64,000 bases of DNA from Lama glama. Taxonomy: Eukaryota. Below are positions 1 through 12,039 of this stretch, piece by piece. The translations under genes and the position numbers were made by a program. Each line of letters opens with the position of its first letter. Positions within the stretch are counted from its first letter, which is position 1. Below the pieces are notes generated by a model, which worked only from the letters and a program-made list of their open reading frames with translations, did not search any database and was not told where the DNA came from. Location: positions 70,062,001 to 70,126,000 of the forward strand of contig CM052816.1 in NCBI GenBank assembly GCA_028534125.1. Reading direction: 5' to 3'.

Positions 1-552
1 TAAAGTAGTTTGCAGTCAGCAAGTCTAATAATCACAGTTAGCTACTGTTATTCCAAAAGAGTTCTCATGTTCCACAAATATCCTTTCTCAAATAAATTCA
101 TTTCCACTAGTTTTTTTAAATTTGAATACAAAAGAGGTATCAGGACGCTTGTCAAAGAAATGCATGAGTACCAAAAAAAAAAATCTATAAGACAATTTCA
201 ATACAGAAGTTAACAGAGTTTTAGGTGAATATCCTAACCTTGGATCACTGCAAATAATTAGAGTGTGTGCTATATATTTCATATTCACATTTATGTAGGT
301 TAGTGCCCACTTGGTTTTCATTGATGAAGCTATTAACAGAAATACTGTCTATGGCTTCCTGCTTTTCCTCACAATCACAAATCTCTATGTATTTATTCAT
401 CTAAGTGATAAGCACTTACCAGTTATGTGTGAGCCATTACACTAGGTTCTATGAAGTATACCAAAGTAAATTAAAATTTTTTCCAGCCCTACAAAAGCCT
501 GTGACCTCCTTAATGATAGATACATCAGGGCATGCGCCAAAACCTGCTCATT

Positions 553-563
553 TGCGCGCGCGC

Positions 564-591
<28 letters not shown>
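553..591. repeat. Compound (GC)n(GT)n microsatellite
   Basis: tgcgcgcgcgcg followed by a perfect TG run. Confidence 0.95.
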
Positions 592-595
<4 letters not shown>

Positions 596-599
596 GAGT

Positions 600-950
600 C
601 AGTATGTCAAGGCAGCCAACAATCCAAACATCTCTCTATGGCTTATAACAAAGTTTATTTCAGTCATTTTATGTTTTATATGACCTACGAGAATCAGCTT
701 CTGCTTTGCTCCATGTTATCTTCATTTCAGGATCTCGGCTGAAAGAAAAGACCCTACCCAGGACAGCAGAGGGAAAAATGACATGGCCAAACATGAGACA
801 GCTGTTGAAGCTTCTGCCTGACATGGCATAGCGTTTCTGGTTAACATTTCATTGGTCAAAAAAAGTCACTTGGCCAATGGGGCAATGAAGTATAATCGTG
901 TCACAGGGAATGGAAATGAATATTGTAAATAATAATACCATCTACCACAA
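600..950. mobile_element. Old MaLR (MLT1-type) LTR remnant
   Basis: ggcttataacaaagtttattt, acatttcattggtc...aagtcacttggcc and the terminal ctaccaca are typical of MLT1 LTRs. Confidence 0.5.
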
Positions 951-3779
951 CATCCATCAACAAGATTAAAGAAAAGGAAAATATTCAGGTCTATTCAAAC
1001 CAATAATAAAATTAGCATGTTATTTAGTTTAATACGTAGTAAGGTTTACTATGTGCTGGACACTATTCTAATATTTACTAGTATTAAAATATTTAAATCT
1101 CCTAAGAGGAATTAAACAAAGATGTCTACTACTGATGAAAACAGACCAACTAATTTTAAGTATTTTTTAACGAGGAAAATAAGCAAAACAATGAAACCTA
1201 TTAGACGACACAGTAGAAACACTGCAAGGTCACAAAACCTGGCTTTAATATGTTCCAAAGAGTGCAAAAAGTAGCGCCCTTCAGACAGGAATTTGTTTAT
1301 ACAGCTTATCTGAAGTAGAAGCCAACCTACTGGTTCTAAATGTCCTAAATGCTTCTCAAATTTGGGCTGAGACAGTTTCTCAGCAAGGTGTAATATACAC
1401 AGAACTCCCTCAAACTTAGGACCTCTCTTTCACTGAAGGCCCCTGCCAACTCATAATTTCCTACTGGCTTACCGTGATGCTGAAAAAGGAAATAGATCAA
1501 CAGACTACAGCCAGAGACTGGAGCACAAAATAGGCCTCACAAAAAGGTCCCATACACTTAGTGCCCAACAGTCGTTAATTAACACCCGTAAGGAGCTATG
1601 TTTGTGGTAAACACAAGACTCACTCCAACTGAGAAGTGATGAAACAGGTCCAGGTGAGATAAATATACATGAATAGGTTAAAGGAAAAAAAAAAAATTCC
1701 TGAGTCCTAAGCATTGCTACTTTGAAACAGAGTGCCATTTTATCTGGCTTGTAGATTAATGTCCTAAATAGTTAAACTTACTCTGGACAATCCCTTGGGA
1801 AAGTAAGGGATAAATGTAGGCCATAGATCCAGGGTTTTCCCAGCTCTCCTTCAGCCCAGGGAAATAAGCAGCACATGGAAACAGACTTTAAAGCAGGAGC
1901 TCAGAAACGAGATCAGCTGAATCAACTATATTGTTTAAATTACTTTTTCTCTCTTTCTTGTGTGTACATGTTGTTGGGTTCTTTGGCTTACTCTTTTGTT
2001 TTTTACTGATACACTGCAGTTAAGTTCATATAAGTTAATGTAGCAGTTAACTGCTTCTTTCCTTCTGCTGAGAGTTTCTTTTCTTCAGTGTTTATATTTG
2101 CTTGCTACTCCCTTTCTTACCAAGGGCCTTACTGATTCCATTCCCCCCTCATTTCACTCAGGTGATCTGAAATCTCACATCATTTGCAAATTATTCTCTA
2201 AGCAATACAATAAAATGAATTTTTGATGTAGATTTTCCCAATAATTGGTTCTCTTTCCACACTCTACCTTTTCAGATCCTCATTATTCTCAAATCATAAT
2301 GTAAAGAGAGTGCTTAAGGATGAAAAGTAAATTACATGTAAGAGACCAGTGCCATAAATTTCCCTCAAGGTGAGATAAACCACGTAAGCTCTTTGGGTAA
2401 AAAAAATGGTATAGAAAGCAAGTAAATGTGTCATTTGACTTTTCCTTGGCTTTTAAGTTTTTTAAAATATGAAAAGGTCATCTTACATGATTTAAAATTT
2501 TATTTTATTTTCAAATCTCTTCCAACACATTTGCAAGCAGAAACTCTTTAAATCTCGATAAGTACTAATTACCATCAAAGTTTCCAAAACCTAACTATCT
2601 TAACATCAACTGCTATAAGCTGCTAACAAAATGGCTGTGACTTATACAGCCACGTTTTGATTAGCCGTGCACCAGTGGACCCTTCAAATTTGTTTTCAGT
2701 TCTATAGCTACTGCGAGTACATTATTACTTGACAATGCAAAATTAATCTCCATCGGGTCTAGGAGAACAAAAACTAACCTGGGTCACCTCTATTTGAGAC
2801 CTAAATAAACCAGTGGAGTATCTTATCTTTGAGAAATACTTTCCATTCTTTAAGTTACCCATATGTAGAAGAGTTAACAACAAACTTCTTCTTTACCTTT
2901 CCCCAATCTTAGCATTCTTATTTTTCAACGATTCTCTTACATATATATATATAGACAGATAGATATAGATATAGAGATAATGATAGAGATAAAGATATCT
3001 ACTATTGCCTTCAAGACTTTTCATAAGCCACTGACCCTACTCAGGATGTCTTTCCCACCCATCATCCACTATTCAAAACTTTAATAAAACACCTCCCAAA
3101 ATCCTTTCTAATTAACACTCTTTCTAACTGTCTGTATTCCATTTATATTTAATATAACACTAAGTTAGTTACCATTTCACTAGATTCTCTTTTCAACTTT
3201 TAACGACTCCCATTCTTCCTACCTCCTTCACATCTACTCCGTCTTTCCATTACTATTCTAAGCACTCATGCATAAGACACTCAACATAAACTCAGATTTA
3301 TATTTATACTAACAAGTTGTGAAAATAACAATGAAACAAAATAATTCTTCGCAGATAAAAATCGTGGGGGGGTGCGCGCGAGCGCTCATGCTTTTGTGTT
3401 AGTACAATTTTTGAAAGTCAGGAAAATTCGGAAAAATAAGGAAATGGAGAATTAAGTAATGCAGTCTAAAAAGAAATCACCATCACGAAAATGCTTCAAG
3501 GAAAAACAATGAACAACAATCTTTGAATTACTGTGAGGCATTAATGAAATTCTTGATGGGAAACCTCGCAGCATGACCATCATCAGCCTTTTAAACATTA
3601 CCTGCCAATATTACAAGCAGGATACCTCTATTAACATTGAATTCCAACCAAGTTTTCCTACCAAGCAGCCTGATAAAACAATCTTTCTGTTCGGAAACCC
3701 AAGCAATACCACTTAAAGCCGTGGAAGGCAGAGAGTGAGTTTACCCTTTAGTAAGGACTGGGGTGATGGGCAAACAGGT

Positions 3780-4330
3780 GGAAGATGGAGAGGTGCGGAA
3801 AGTGGGGAGAAAAACGAGTGAAACTCCGCCCATTCTCTGGGGGCCAGGACTCGGCTCGCAGCTCCGGAGACAATCCGATCCCACAGACCCTCTCCCACAG
3901 CAGCGGTCCGAAAGTTTCCAAGACACCAAAGGTCCTCCTACCCCCTCCCCGCATTCACGCCCCAACTCGCCTGGCCGAGCGCCCCTTGATCGAAGCTCGT
4001 CCCAAATCCGCCCGCCCTCTCCCGAGGAAAGGGTCAGCAGAGGACGTTTTCCCTGAGGCCTTCTCCGGGACCGAGCCAGCAGAGACCTCTGCAAAAGTGG
4101 ACAGACCCGAGAAGCGTGAGGAAGAAGCCTCACAATCCTTTTACCTGGTCGGAACCTTGGAAACGGAAATGGCAGCTGCAGCTGCTGCCCTTCTCCCCAA
4201 CAACGCTTGCCTCAGCGCCGCTGACATTGAGACCGCCGCCATCTTGCTGCAGGCAAACTCCAGGACGGATCTCCGCAAGGGACAAACTTCCTTCGTTTTC
4301 AAGCCTGTGGCACCGCGATACAACGGACTG
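3780..4330. promoter_or_regulatory. NDUFS4 CpG-island promoter/first exon; YY1/TISU motif at 4235-4246; GC boxes at about 3826 and 4008
   Basis: Local CpG enrichment in an AT-rich background; gccgccatcttg and ccgccc motifs. Confidence 0.85.
4145..4242 (-). CDS. NDUFS4: NDUFS4 coding exon 1 (mitochondrial targeting peptide of the complex I 18 kDa subunit); gene continues beyond the left end
   Basis: [33 protein letters not shown] resembles human [33 protein letters not shown]. 98 coding nt are followed by donor AG|GTAAAA. It sits in a CpG island, and FST-NDUFS4 same-strand synteny is known in mammals. Confidence 0.95.
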
Positions 4331-5759
4331 AGGATTTGGGGGTTAATTTATTCTTGTTTGGTGTTTTGTTAAATTCTGGAGTTTAGAAAAGAGAAGAAAG
4401 GTTTGGTTGAAAGAGATAAAAAGGAAAATGTGTGGAAGAAAAATGCAGACATTCATTAAGTGTAAAAATCGCCCTCACAAAGTATAATCCTTGTTTATTG
4501 TTAGGACTGGTTATTTACTGGTTAATAAAGAGACCAAACAAAAATGCTTGAAAATTTAAACACCTGCAACTCATAATTTTTTCAAAGGACTCAGAATATT
4601 TAGAGTTGAGCCCACTGGAAGAGCCAGAGGGCTCGTTGGGTTCATGAGAACCTGAAGTAGTACTTTTCCAAAGTGTTGCCAGATTGAGTTTGTAAGCCCT
4701 CAGGAAATGGCTGTGTTCAGTTTGATGTTCTGTAGTTGATAGTTGTAATCATCATATTTTCCAAATGAAAAGTCTGGACACATGGCCTGGCGAAGGATTA
4801 TTTTTTTTTTGACGTGTGTATTTATATGAAAAACTAATGAAACATATTATTTTATATCACTCTTTTCCCAGTAAATCCTGAGTGTATGATCATAATCCAT
4901 AGACACCATACATATAAAACAAAAATTATCTTCTGAGGCAAGTGTTGGAAATATGTTTGCATTGTGGGTTACTGACGTTTCCAATGATGATTAACTGTGG
5001 ATCATAAAATAAAAAGCAAGTTAGTTTCTGGGGTTTGTTTTTTAAGAGGCTTTTTAAAAATGCTTAGAACATTACTGCTTTTAAAATCAAGCAAGTGAAA
5101 ACAATAACCTTTATTAAAAGAATAGGATTAACAGGAGGATGGGGAATGACTTGTTCTGCATTATGGCCAATTAAAAGAAAACTTGACACTCAAGGAAAAG
5201 GGAAAAGAAAGGGCTTCAGCACCGTAGCACCTAGCATCTAGCACCAAATAGAAAGCCACATCCAGGGAAAGAAGAAATGCACAGAAAAGGAAGAGATGTC
5301 TCAGAGAGAATTTTCTTACCTTCACAGTAATGCTTCCAGGAACAATTATTCTAACTCTGCAACTGATCAAATGAAGATATTTTTACTTAACTTACAATAA
5401 TTAGTAAACTATAATTTTACTCTCCCTTGTACCTGGAGATCGGCAATGGCCCCTATTGGGTTAACACAATCATTCTGGTATTCAGTTTATATCCACTCTG
5501 GAAACGAGCACATGGTCATGTCACCTTATAAATCCCTCCAGTGGGCTTACCATTGTCCTCAGGACGAAGACAAAAATTCCTTAACCTGATCTGACAGGCT
5601 CCAGGTAGTCTGTCCCCTTCCTTCCTCTCTAGCCCACCGACTGACTTTCTGTCCTGCCACGGAGCCTTTCTCAGTCACCTACTAGGGTGCTCTTCCTGCC
5701 TCTTCTCTAGTCATTCTCTTTGCCCTTCACATCACAGCCCAAGAGTCACTCCCTGTGAT

Positions 5760-6250
5760 AGAAACTGTAGATGTCTCACAGGCATTTCCCACCATTGCCT
5801 TCTTTGAGCACAGAATCTGACTCCTCCTACAGAGACTAAAAAAATGTTGTATATTCATATTCACTTTCCCATCAGCTTGCAGCTACTACATGGACATGCC
5901 CGAGGCCAAAGGGATCTGACATCCCTTCTGGGAAAAAAGGCTTTTGAAAAAAGAGACACTCAAGGGGAAATGTCTCTCTCTCTGACTTTGGATGCAGTTG
6001 CACGAGGACATTAAGCCTAGAGCTATGGCATCTCCTCAGCATGCAGAGACAAACAAGAACCTAGTCAACAAGAAAGGATGGAAGAGCAGAGAGGGAAAGA
6101 GCCTACGGCTTTAATGACATTGTTGAGCTTCTGAGTCAACTCTGATCAAAATACCTCCAGACTTCTTGTTATATGAAATAACAAGTGGCTTGATTGTTTA
6201 CACTGCCATTTGTTAGATATCCTGCAGCCAAAAACATTTTTACTGATGCT
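5760..6250 (+). mobile_element. MLT1-type LTR remnant within L2-like sequence
   Basis: cctccagacttcttgttatatgaaataacaa...tgcagccaaaaacattttta ctgat resembles the MLT1 3' end. Confidence 0.55.
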
Positions 6251-6289
6251 CTTACACAGGATTACTTCTCTAACTTCCCTGACATGTCA

Positions 6290-6495
6290 ACTCCTCTTTT
6301 TATAGCCCCACCTAGCACCATATCTTTCTCTTCCAGAGCACCTCCCATACTGCAGTAAAGTTAAGTTCTCTGAGGAGAGGGATCATATCTGTTTTTGTTG
6401 ATCATTTCACCAGGAACCACTAGCCTGGTTCCTGACACATAGTAGGACCCCAAAAAATGTGTTGAACACATGAAGGAATGAATGAATGAATGAAG
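6290..6495 (+). mobile_element. L2 LINE 3' end
   Basis: cctggttcctgacacatagtagg...tgttgaa...gaatgaatgaatgaatga is the canonical L2 tail. Confidence 0.75.
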
Positions 6496-8039
6496 CTAAT
6501 TAGAACTTTTAAAATGTCAAAAATAAAGGGGCACCCTTTTCCTCTTGTTATTTTTGCTTTCAAAAAGCTTGTACAAATTACTTTTAATGTGCTCTTTATC
6601 TCAGGTATACAGATCTTATTGGCTTCTAATATTTCATCTTTGATCAAATGCCATTTCCTGAAGACCTTGGTGGGAAGTTGGGGGTAGGGGCCCAGTATTT
6701 CTGGCAAGAGGCCTGAAACCATAAATCTACCTTTTACTAGGCTTACATTCAAAAAAAATTTTTAATAAGCCCTTTCATTTCCTTGTTTCTCACATTTCAA
6801 ATACATCATATAGGCCTAAAAGTGGAACACAAATAATTTGCTGTGTACATTTATTCTTTTTATAATTGTACCCCAACTATAGTTTCTACCATAAGGCTTA
6901 ATAGATGTCTAGGTCCAAATAGCATTTTATTATTTCAAATAGGAGTATTAAAATGTGAATTGATTTTACTTTTTGCTTGCATTTCAAGCATGGTGGCCAA
7001 AAGAAACATTTAGTTTAGTCTTTCTGATGGCATGTGAAATTTACAGTGGATCTGAAGTTGTCTGGTTTTAATTTTTTCCCCTTGCACATGGGTCTTCAAT
7101 AAAGCATCCAGAAGATAAATTAAAACCAGACATTTCTATCAGAGTTTCACATGCAATTGCTATACACATGAAAAAAATTCCAGTATCACTTATTGGCTAC
7201 AAACAAATATTTTAAATCATATCTTATTTTTCACTGCTGATTTAGTTGAAAACCTTGAATTAATACCTTATCATCTTATAAAATTATTATGACATCTGGC
7301 AGGGTTGCTGAGTCTTTGGCAACAAATGAAGTAGTTTCTACCTATAGTGAAGAAATACCACTTGAAATTATTTTTGGAAAACAAAGGGTACAATCAAAAT
7401 TCCTAAAAACTGAAGGAATTTTCCCACATAAATTTGATTGCATGCCCCATCACAGTCTGGGGTTCCAATCCTAAAACTTCAACTGCTTATAGGTCATTTT
7501 CAAATTTAACATGTAGAAAACCAAACTTATTATAGTCTTCCTTTTCTCTTACCCAAAGCAAATCTTTCCCTCCTATTTAGTATTCTCTGTCTTGGCAGAA
7601 ATACTGACATCTCTATTCCAGTATAAGATGTCATCAACTATAAAACACATCATTATTTTCTGTAAAATAGAAAGCAAAAAAATATAGTAATTGCCTAACC
7701 CAATGTACTTTCTCCTCTTTGTCCTTAGTAATAGAAGCCATTATTTATTGATCTCTAGAATAAAGACTTTATTTTTCAGACTCTCTAATGCTAGGAATAA
7801 CCATGTAATAAGTTCTGACCAATGAAATGTAAAAAAAATACCATGTGACAACATCTGGGAAACCTCCTTTAAACATAGATAGCAGTTGTACCTCCTTGCC
7901 CTGCTCCCCACATTTTTCTTTATCTCTTCTATCATCATGCAACCTAGAAGCCAATGTGAAGACTCAGACCATGAAGACAAGAGCCCTGTGATGAGCAAAT
8001 AATGAGGTGGAAGGAGCCTGGATACTCCAACCATCCTCT

Positions 8040-9830
8040 GATTCCATGAGAACTGTGGATCCATTTATCCTACCACCATCTCCCTGTTCTTCACTCCCTT
8101 GATGACAGCTCTCCCTGCTTATACAGATGAAATACCATGGCCAATGATTTTGATCATTTTCTTGCCCCCTCTCACTTTCTTGTACTCAGCAAAACTGCCA
8201 CATAAGTTAAATCCAGCTGTCTTTCTATCTTGCACCTGCACATATGCAGCCGAACACAACTGGGAAAAGGACCAAATTATACTGATTTGTCTCAATGTAA
8301 CACAAACCTCAAGTTAGCGCTTAATGCTACTTGCCAATCATATTAAACTTTCCTGTATTCTGTATTCATATACTCTTATCCATTCACTCTTTCACACTTT
8401 GTTCTCTCTCCTCAAACCCGTTACCTCTTCTCTTATCCTCACTTCTGGTAATTTTCCTACTTCTCTGAGAAATTTCAGTGAATAAAAAAACCCAGTATCC
8501 TCCATGTTACTAAAGCCAATAATCAATTCTCAGGCTTTATGTCATTTGACACAGTTGATTACTCAGTCCTCAATATATTTGCTTCACTTGGTTTCCAGGA
8601 CACCATACTCTCCTGGTTTTCCTCCCACTTCATTTATATGCTTCTTCTCAGGCTCCAGTTCCCAGTTCCTCCTTCTGTACCAAACTCATTAATGTCAGAG
8701 TGTTCTAGAACTCAATCCTTGGTCATCTTTTCTTCTCCTCTGACAGCCTCATTCAGTCCAAAGTCTTTTAAATGTCATCTATTTACCAGTAGCTCCCAAA
8801 CCCTTATCTCCAGCTTAGTCTTTTATCATGAATTAAAGATTTGTATTTCTACTTGTTTACTTGATTTTCTTACTTGGATATTTAATAGAAATCACCAACT
8901 TAAAATGTCCAAAACTGAATTCCTGATCTCCCCTAAATCTCTCCAATTACAGCCTTCCCCATCTAACTAACAGCCAGTTTATCCTTTCAGTTGTTCAAGC
9001 TAAAATCTTTGGAGTTATCCTTAACTCCCTTCTCTCTCTTTGAAACACTAGTTCTGAAACATCTTGGAATATCTTTAAAAAATGATTCCATACTACAAGA
9101 GTGACCACAAAGTCCCTATACATGAGATTCAACAACAGTCAAAGACCTAAAACCAGTCTCCAAAAACTGATTTAATGACTTTCAACCATTAACATTAGAA
9201 GAGGTCCAGAAAAGCATTAAAAAAAATTGTGCAGCTATTAGAGAAGCACATGCAGGTAACTTCTCTCCACCATGCCTAAAGACTTTTGGCCACTTTGTAT
9301 AGCTCTAGTTAGACATTCACAACATCATTAGAGTCCTCCTTCACTCCTCTCTTTCTCTCTGACCCCAATAAATTCCTCTGATTCTACCTCCAAAGTATAA
9401 CTATAATATATGACCACTTCTCACTCCTCTATTGCTAGCTCACAGGTCCATGCTACCATCATCTCTTGCCTAGAATGCTGCTAGAGTCTTTGAGCATGAC
9501 TTCCTTTGTTTGTCCTTACCCACTACAGTACATTATTTACACAGTTCCCACAGTGGTCCTTTCAAAATAAAAGGCAATTCATGTCACCCTGTTGATCAAA
9601 ACCCTCCATCAAAGGTGATCGGGTGCTACTATCTCTCTTATCTCACCTGCTATTATTCTCTCCTTCCTCACTCTGCTGTTTTCTTCAACATGCCAGGCGT
9701 TTTCTCACCGTATGGCCTTTGCATTGATTGCTGCTTCTGCCTGGAGTACACTTCCCCCCACATATCAACATGGCTAACTCCCTCTCTGTTAAGTCTTTGA
9801 TCAAATGTCACCTTTCAATGAGGCTTTCCT
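8040..9830 (+). mobile_element. L2 LINE fragments with reverse transcriptase remnant
   Basis: ORF 8539-8970 contains SFDTVDYS..ASLGFQDTILSWFSS and LKMSKTEFLI, matching L2/CR1 RT motifs (AFDTVDH..., LNMSKTELL). Confidence 0.8.
9094..9299. mobile_element. Small TcMar-type DNA transposon (MITE) nested in L2
   Basis: Imperfect terminal inverted repeats tacaagagtgaccacaaagtc / gacttttggccactttgta with TA at both ends. Confidence 0.5.
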
Positions 9831-9837
9831 TGACATA

Positions 9838-10980
9838 CATATCAGTCAATGTCCTGCCAGGAAAACAGAAACCACTATTTCAAACAGAGGAAATTTAATT
9901 CAGGGAATTGTTTACACAGGTGATGGAATTGCTGAGGGGCCAAATAAGGGAGATCATGAGGCAACTCACATATCAGAATCAGCCGGAGCTGCTGTCACCC
10001 CCAGGGCTAAGCACCACAGGGAGTAGTAAGTAGCGTTGCCAGAACCCCAAAGCTGGGATGATCCGTGGGCTCTGAAACCACAGCCGGGGAGGCTGAGCAG
10101 GAGCTAGGACCAGAGAGGGAGAGATAATGCAACAGGAACTGAAATGGAATGATGGAAAAAGTACCAGAGATCACCACCCTGACAAGCTGGACAGGAGATG
10201 CAGGTAAGTACCCAACTTGCTCTCCAGTCTGTTAGTGCCTCCCATTAGCTGAACATACCTAGAAGCTCAAAGTCTCGAGAACCTGAGAGATTTTGCTCCT
10301 TATGAAATGGGAAGTCAAGGAAGGAATCCAAGAGACACTGGCGAAATTTCAGCATACCACCCATCAAAAACTGCAAGATCCCAAGCCCCACATATTCCAC
10401 ATACTGCCAGTTCCTCTTACCCTGCTCTGCTTACTTGTTTATCAGGATTCCTAGTCATAGGCAACAGAAACCTACTGTGACTTTAGAAAAAGAAATTGTT
10501 TAAAATGTCTTGGCAGCAAATAGAATCATAGGAGGTCTGAAGAACTAAGCTCAATTAATAAGTGGCAATAGCACAGGAAGTAAGGCAGAAAGAGGACCAA
10601 AGCCAAAGCATGCCACAGAAGCTAGCCCAATGAGGACTCTGGTTTGGCTGCATAATATACAGATGCACAGCTGCCTTGTGTATCACTGGAGTCTAGATCC
10701 CACTGCTGGGACCATGGCCACTGCTGTCTGTGAATATTGGATGGCACTGCCATCACTACTGCCACCTGTCTCCATAATGGATTCTCCACAACCCTAGGCC
10801 CTTGGTATTAATGACTCCCTATCCAGAGTCCAGGGCAAATGTGTCTGAATGCCTGGGTCGGGGTCATGTGTTCGTATCCTAGCTGCACAGGATGCTGAGA
10901 AAAGGTGTATGTTATTTTCAGGTTTTTTGGTGAGAGGCAGTCTCCACCTCTCATCAATATTCAGAAAGTGGTATTTTCCC
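9838..10980. mobile_element. Cluster of old ERVL/MaLR-type LTR remnants
   Basis: LTR-like starts (tatcagtcaatgtcctgccagg; tatcaggattcctagtcataggcaacagaaac) and gggtcatgtg..cctagctgca motifs. Confidence 0.45.
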
Positions 10981-12039
10981 AAACATACAAAGGAGACTTA
11001 CATGCTGGACAACCAAAAAATTACAAATACACACTGTATCTTTGTATGTATCCAAAATACTGTGACTTTCCTCACTTGGATACTCTTTACACTAACTTAT
11101 ACTTTTAGACAAGTCTAATGTGACCTTCAAGACCCAGCTTAACAGTTTCTTTTTTCATTTGATATGGCCCCTACCCCATGCCACAAAGGGTATCTGTCAG
11201 TCTTTCCTTTGTGCCACCACCAAATGTTGTACACATTTCTACCATGGCACTATTAAAAATTAAAAAGCAAATATTACCTATCTACTGTGTGCTGGATAAC
11301 ATGCTAAGTGCTTTAGGTATTTCATTTAATCTTTAATCAGCAATAAGATATGAAGCCTAGTCTATCATCCCAGAATCTAAATTTGTAAGCATACAACAGA
11401 CATAATGCTTTAAAAACGTATGTGTGTGCGTGTGCGTGTGCGCGCACGCATGTGCATAGAACCAGGAGTGGCAAAAATGTTGATAATTGTTGATGCTGGC
11501 TAATGAGTACATGTGGGTTATTATACTATTCTCATACTAAAAAAAAAAAAATTAAAACCCATACACACATATGCAGTACTCAACGTTTTTTTCCTTGAGT
11601 ATTTTAAAACAAATCTTGGACATCACATCATATATTTTTTTCATTCATTAACCAACAGAAGTTTATGGAGTTTGCCCTTGGATCCCATTATTAAAATGAT
11701 TTAGTTATGCTCAATTCCTACTTAGTAGTTTCCCAATTCCAATTTCCTATGAAAAGAATCAGATTGGTCCATCTTGGTTGGATCTCCACCCCTGCCAATC
11801 AGCTCGACTGGGTGGTGGTGCTTCATGGGCTGATATGTCTGCCTACCCCCATGCCTTTGAAGACCCAGGTAGACATCTCAACCTTTCCTAAGAGATATAG
11901 GCTTTATTTTTCTCCTGAACTTATAAAAGACCATAAAAACTTAAAAATATTTGTTGACAATGAATACATTTGGGTTTATTGATCATAAATAAGACTGACT
12001 GTATAGTAATTTATAAATCAGGCAACACCTATCTCTGGT

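Noticed and set aside
1..3700. Possible NDUFS4 exon 2
   Set aside because: I found no reading frame resembling the continuation of NDUFS4. Intron 1 is long in mammals, so exon 2 is probably outside the window.
4243..4323. In-frame N-terminal extension of NDUFS4 shown in the ORF track
   Set aside because: It starts at a non-ATG codon. The ATG at 4242 has ideal context and matches the known N-terminus.
3785..4372. 195-aa plus-strand ORF antisense to NDUFS4 exon 1, and other overlapping ORFs here
   Set aside because: GC-rich CpG-island DNA is stop-poor, and no recognisable domain is present.
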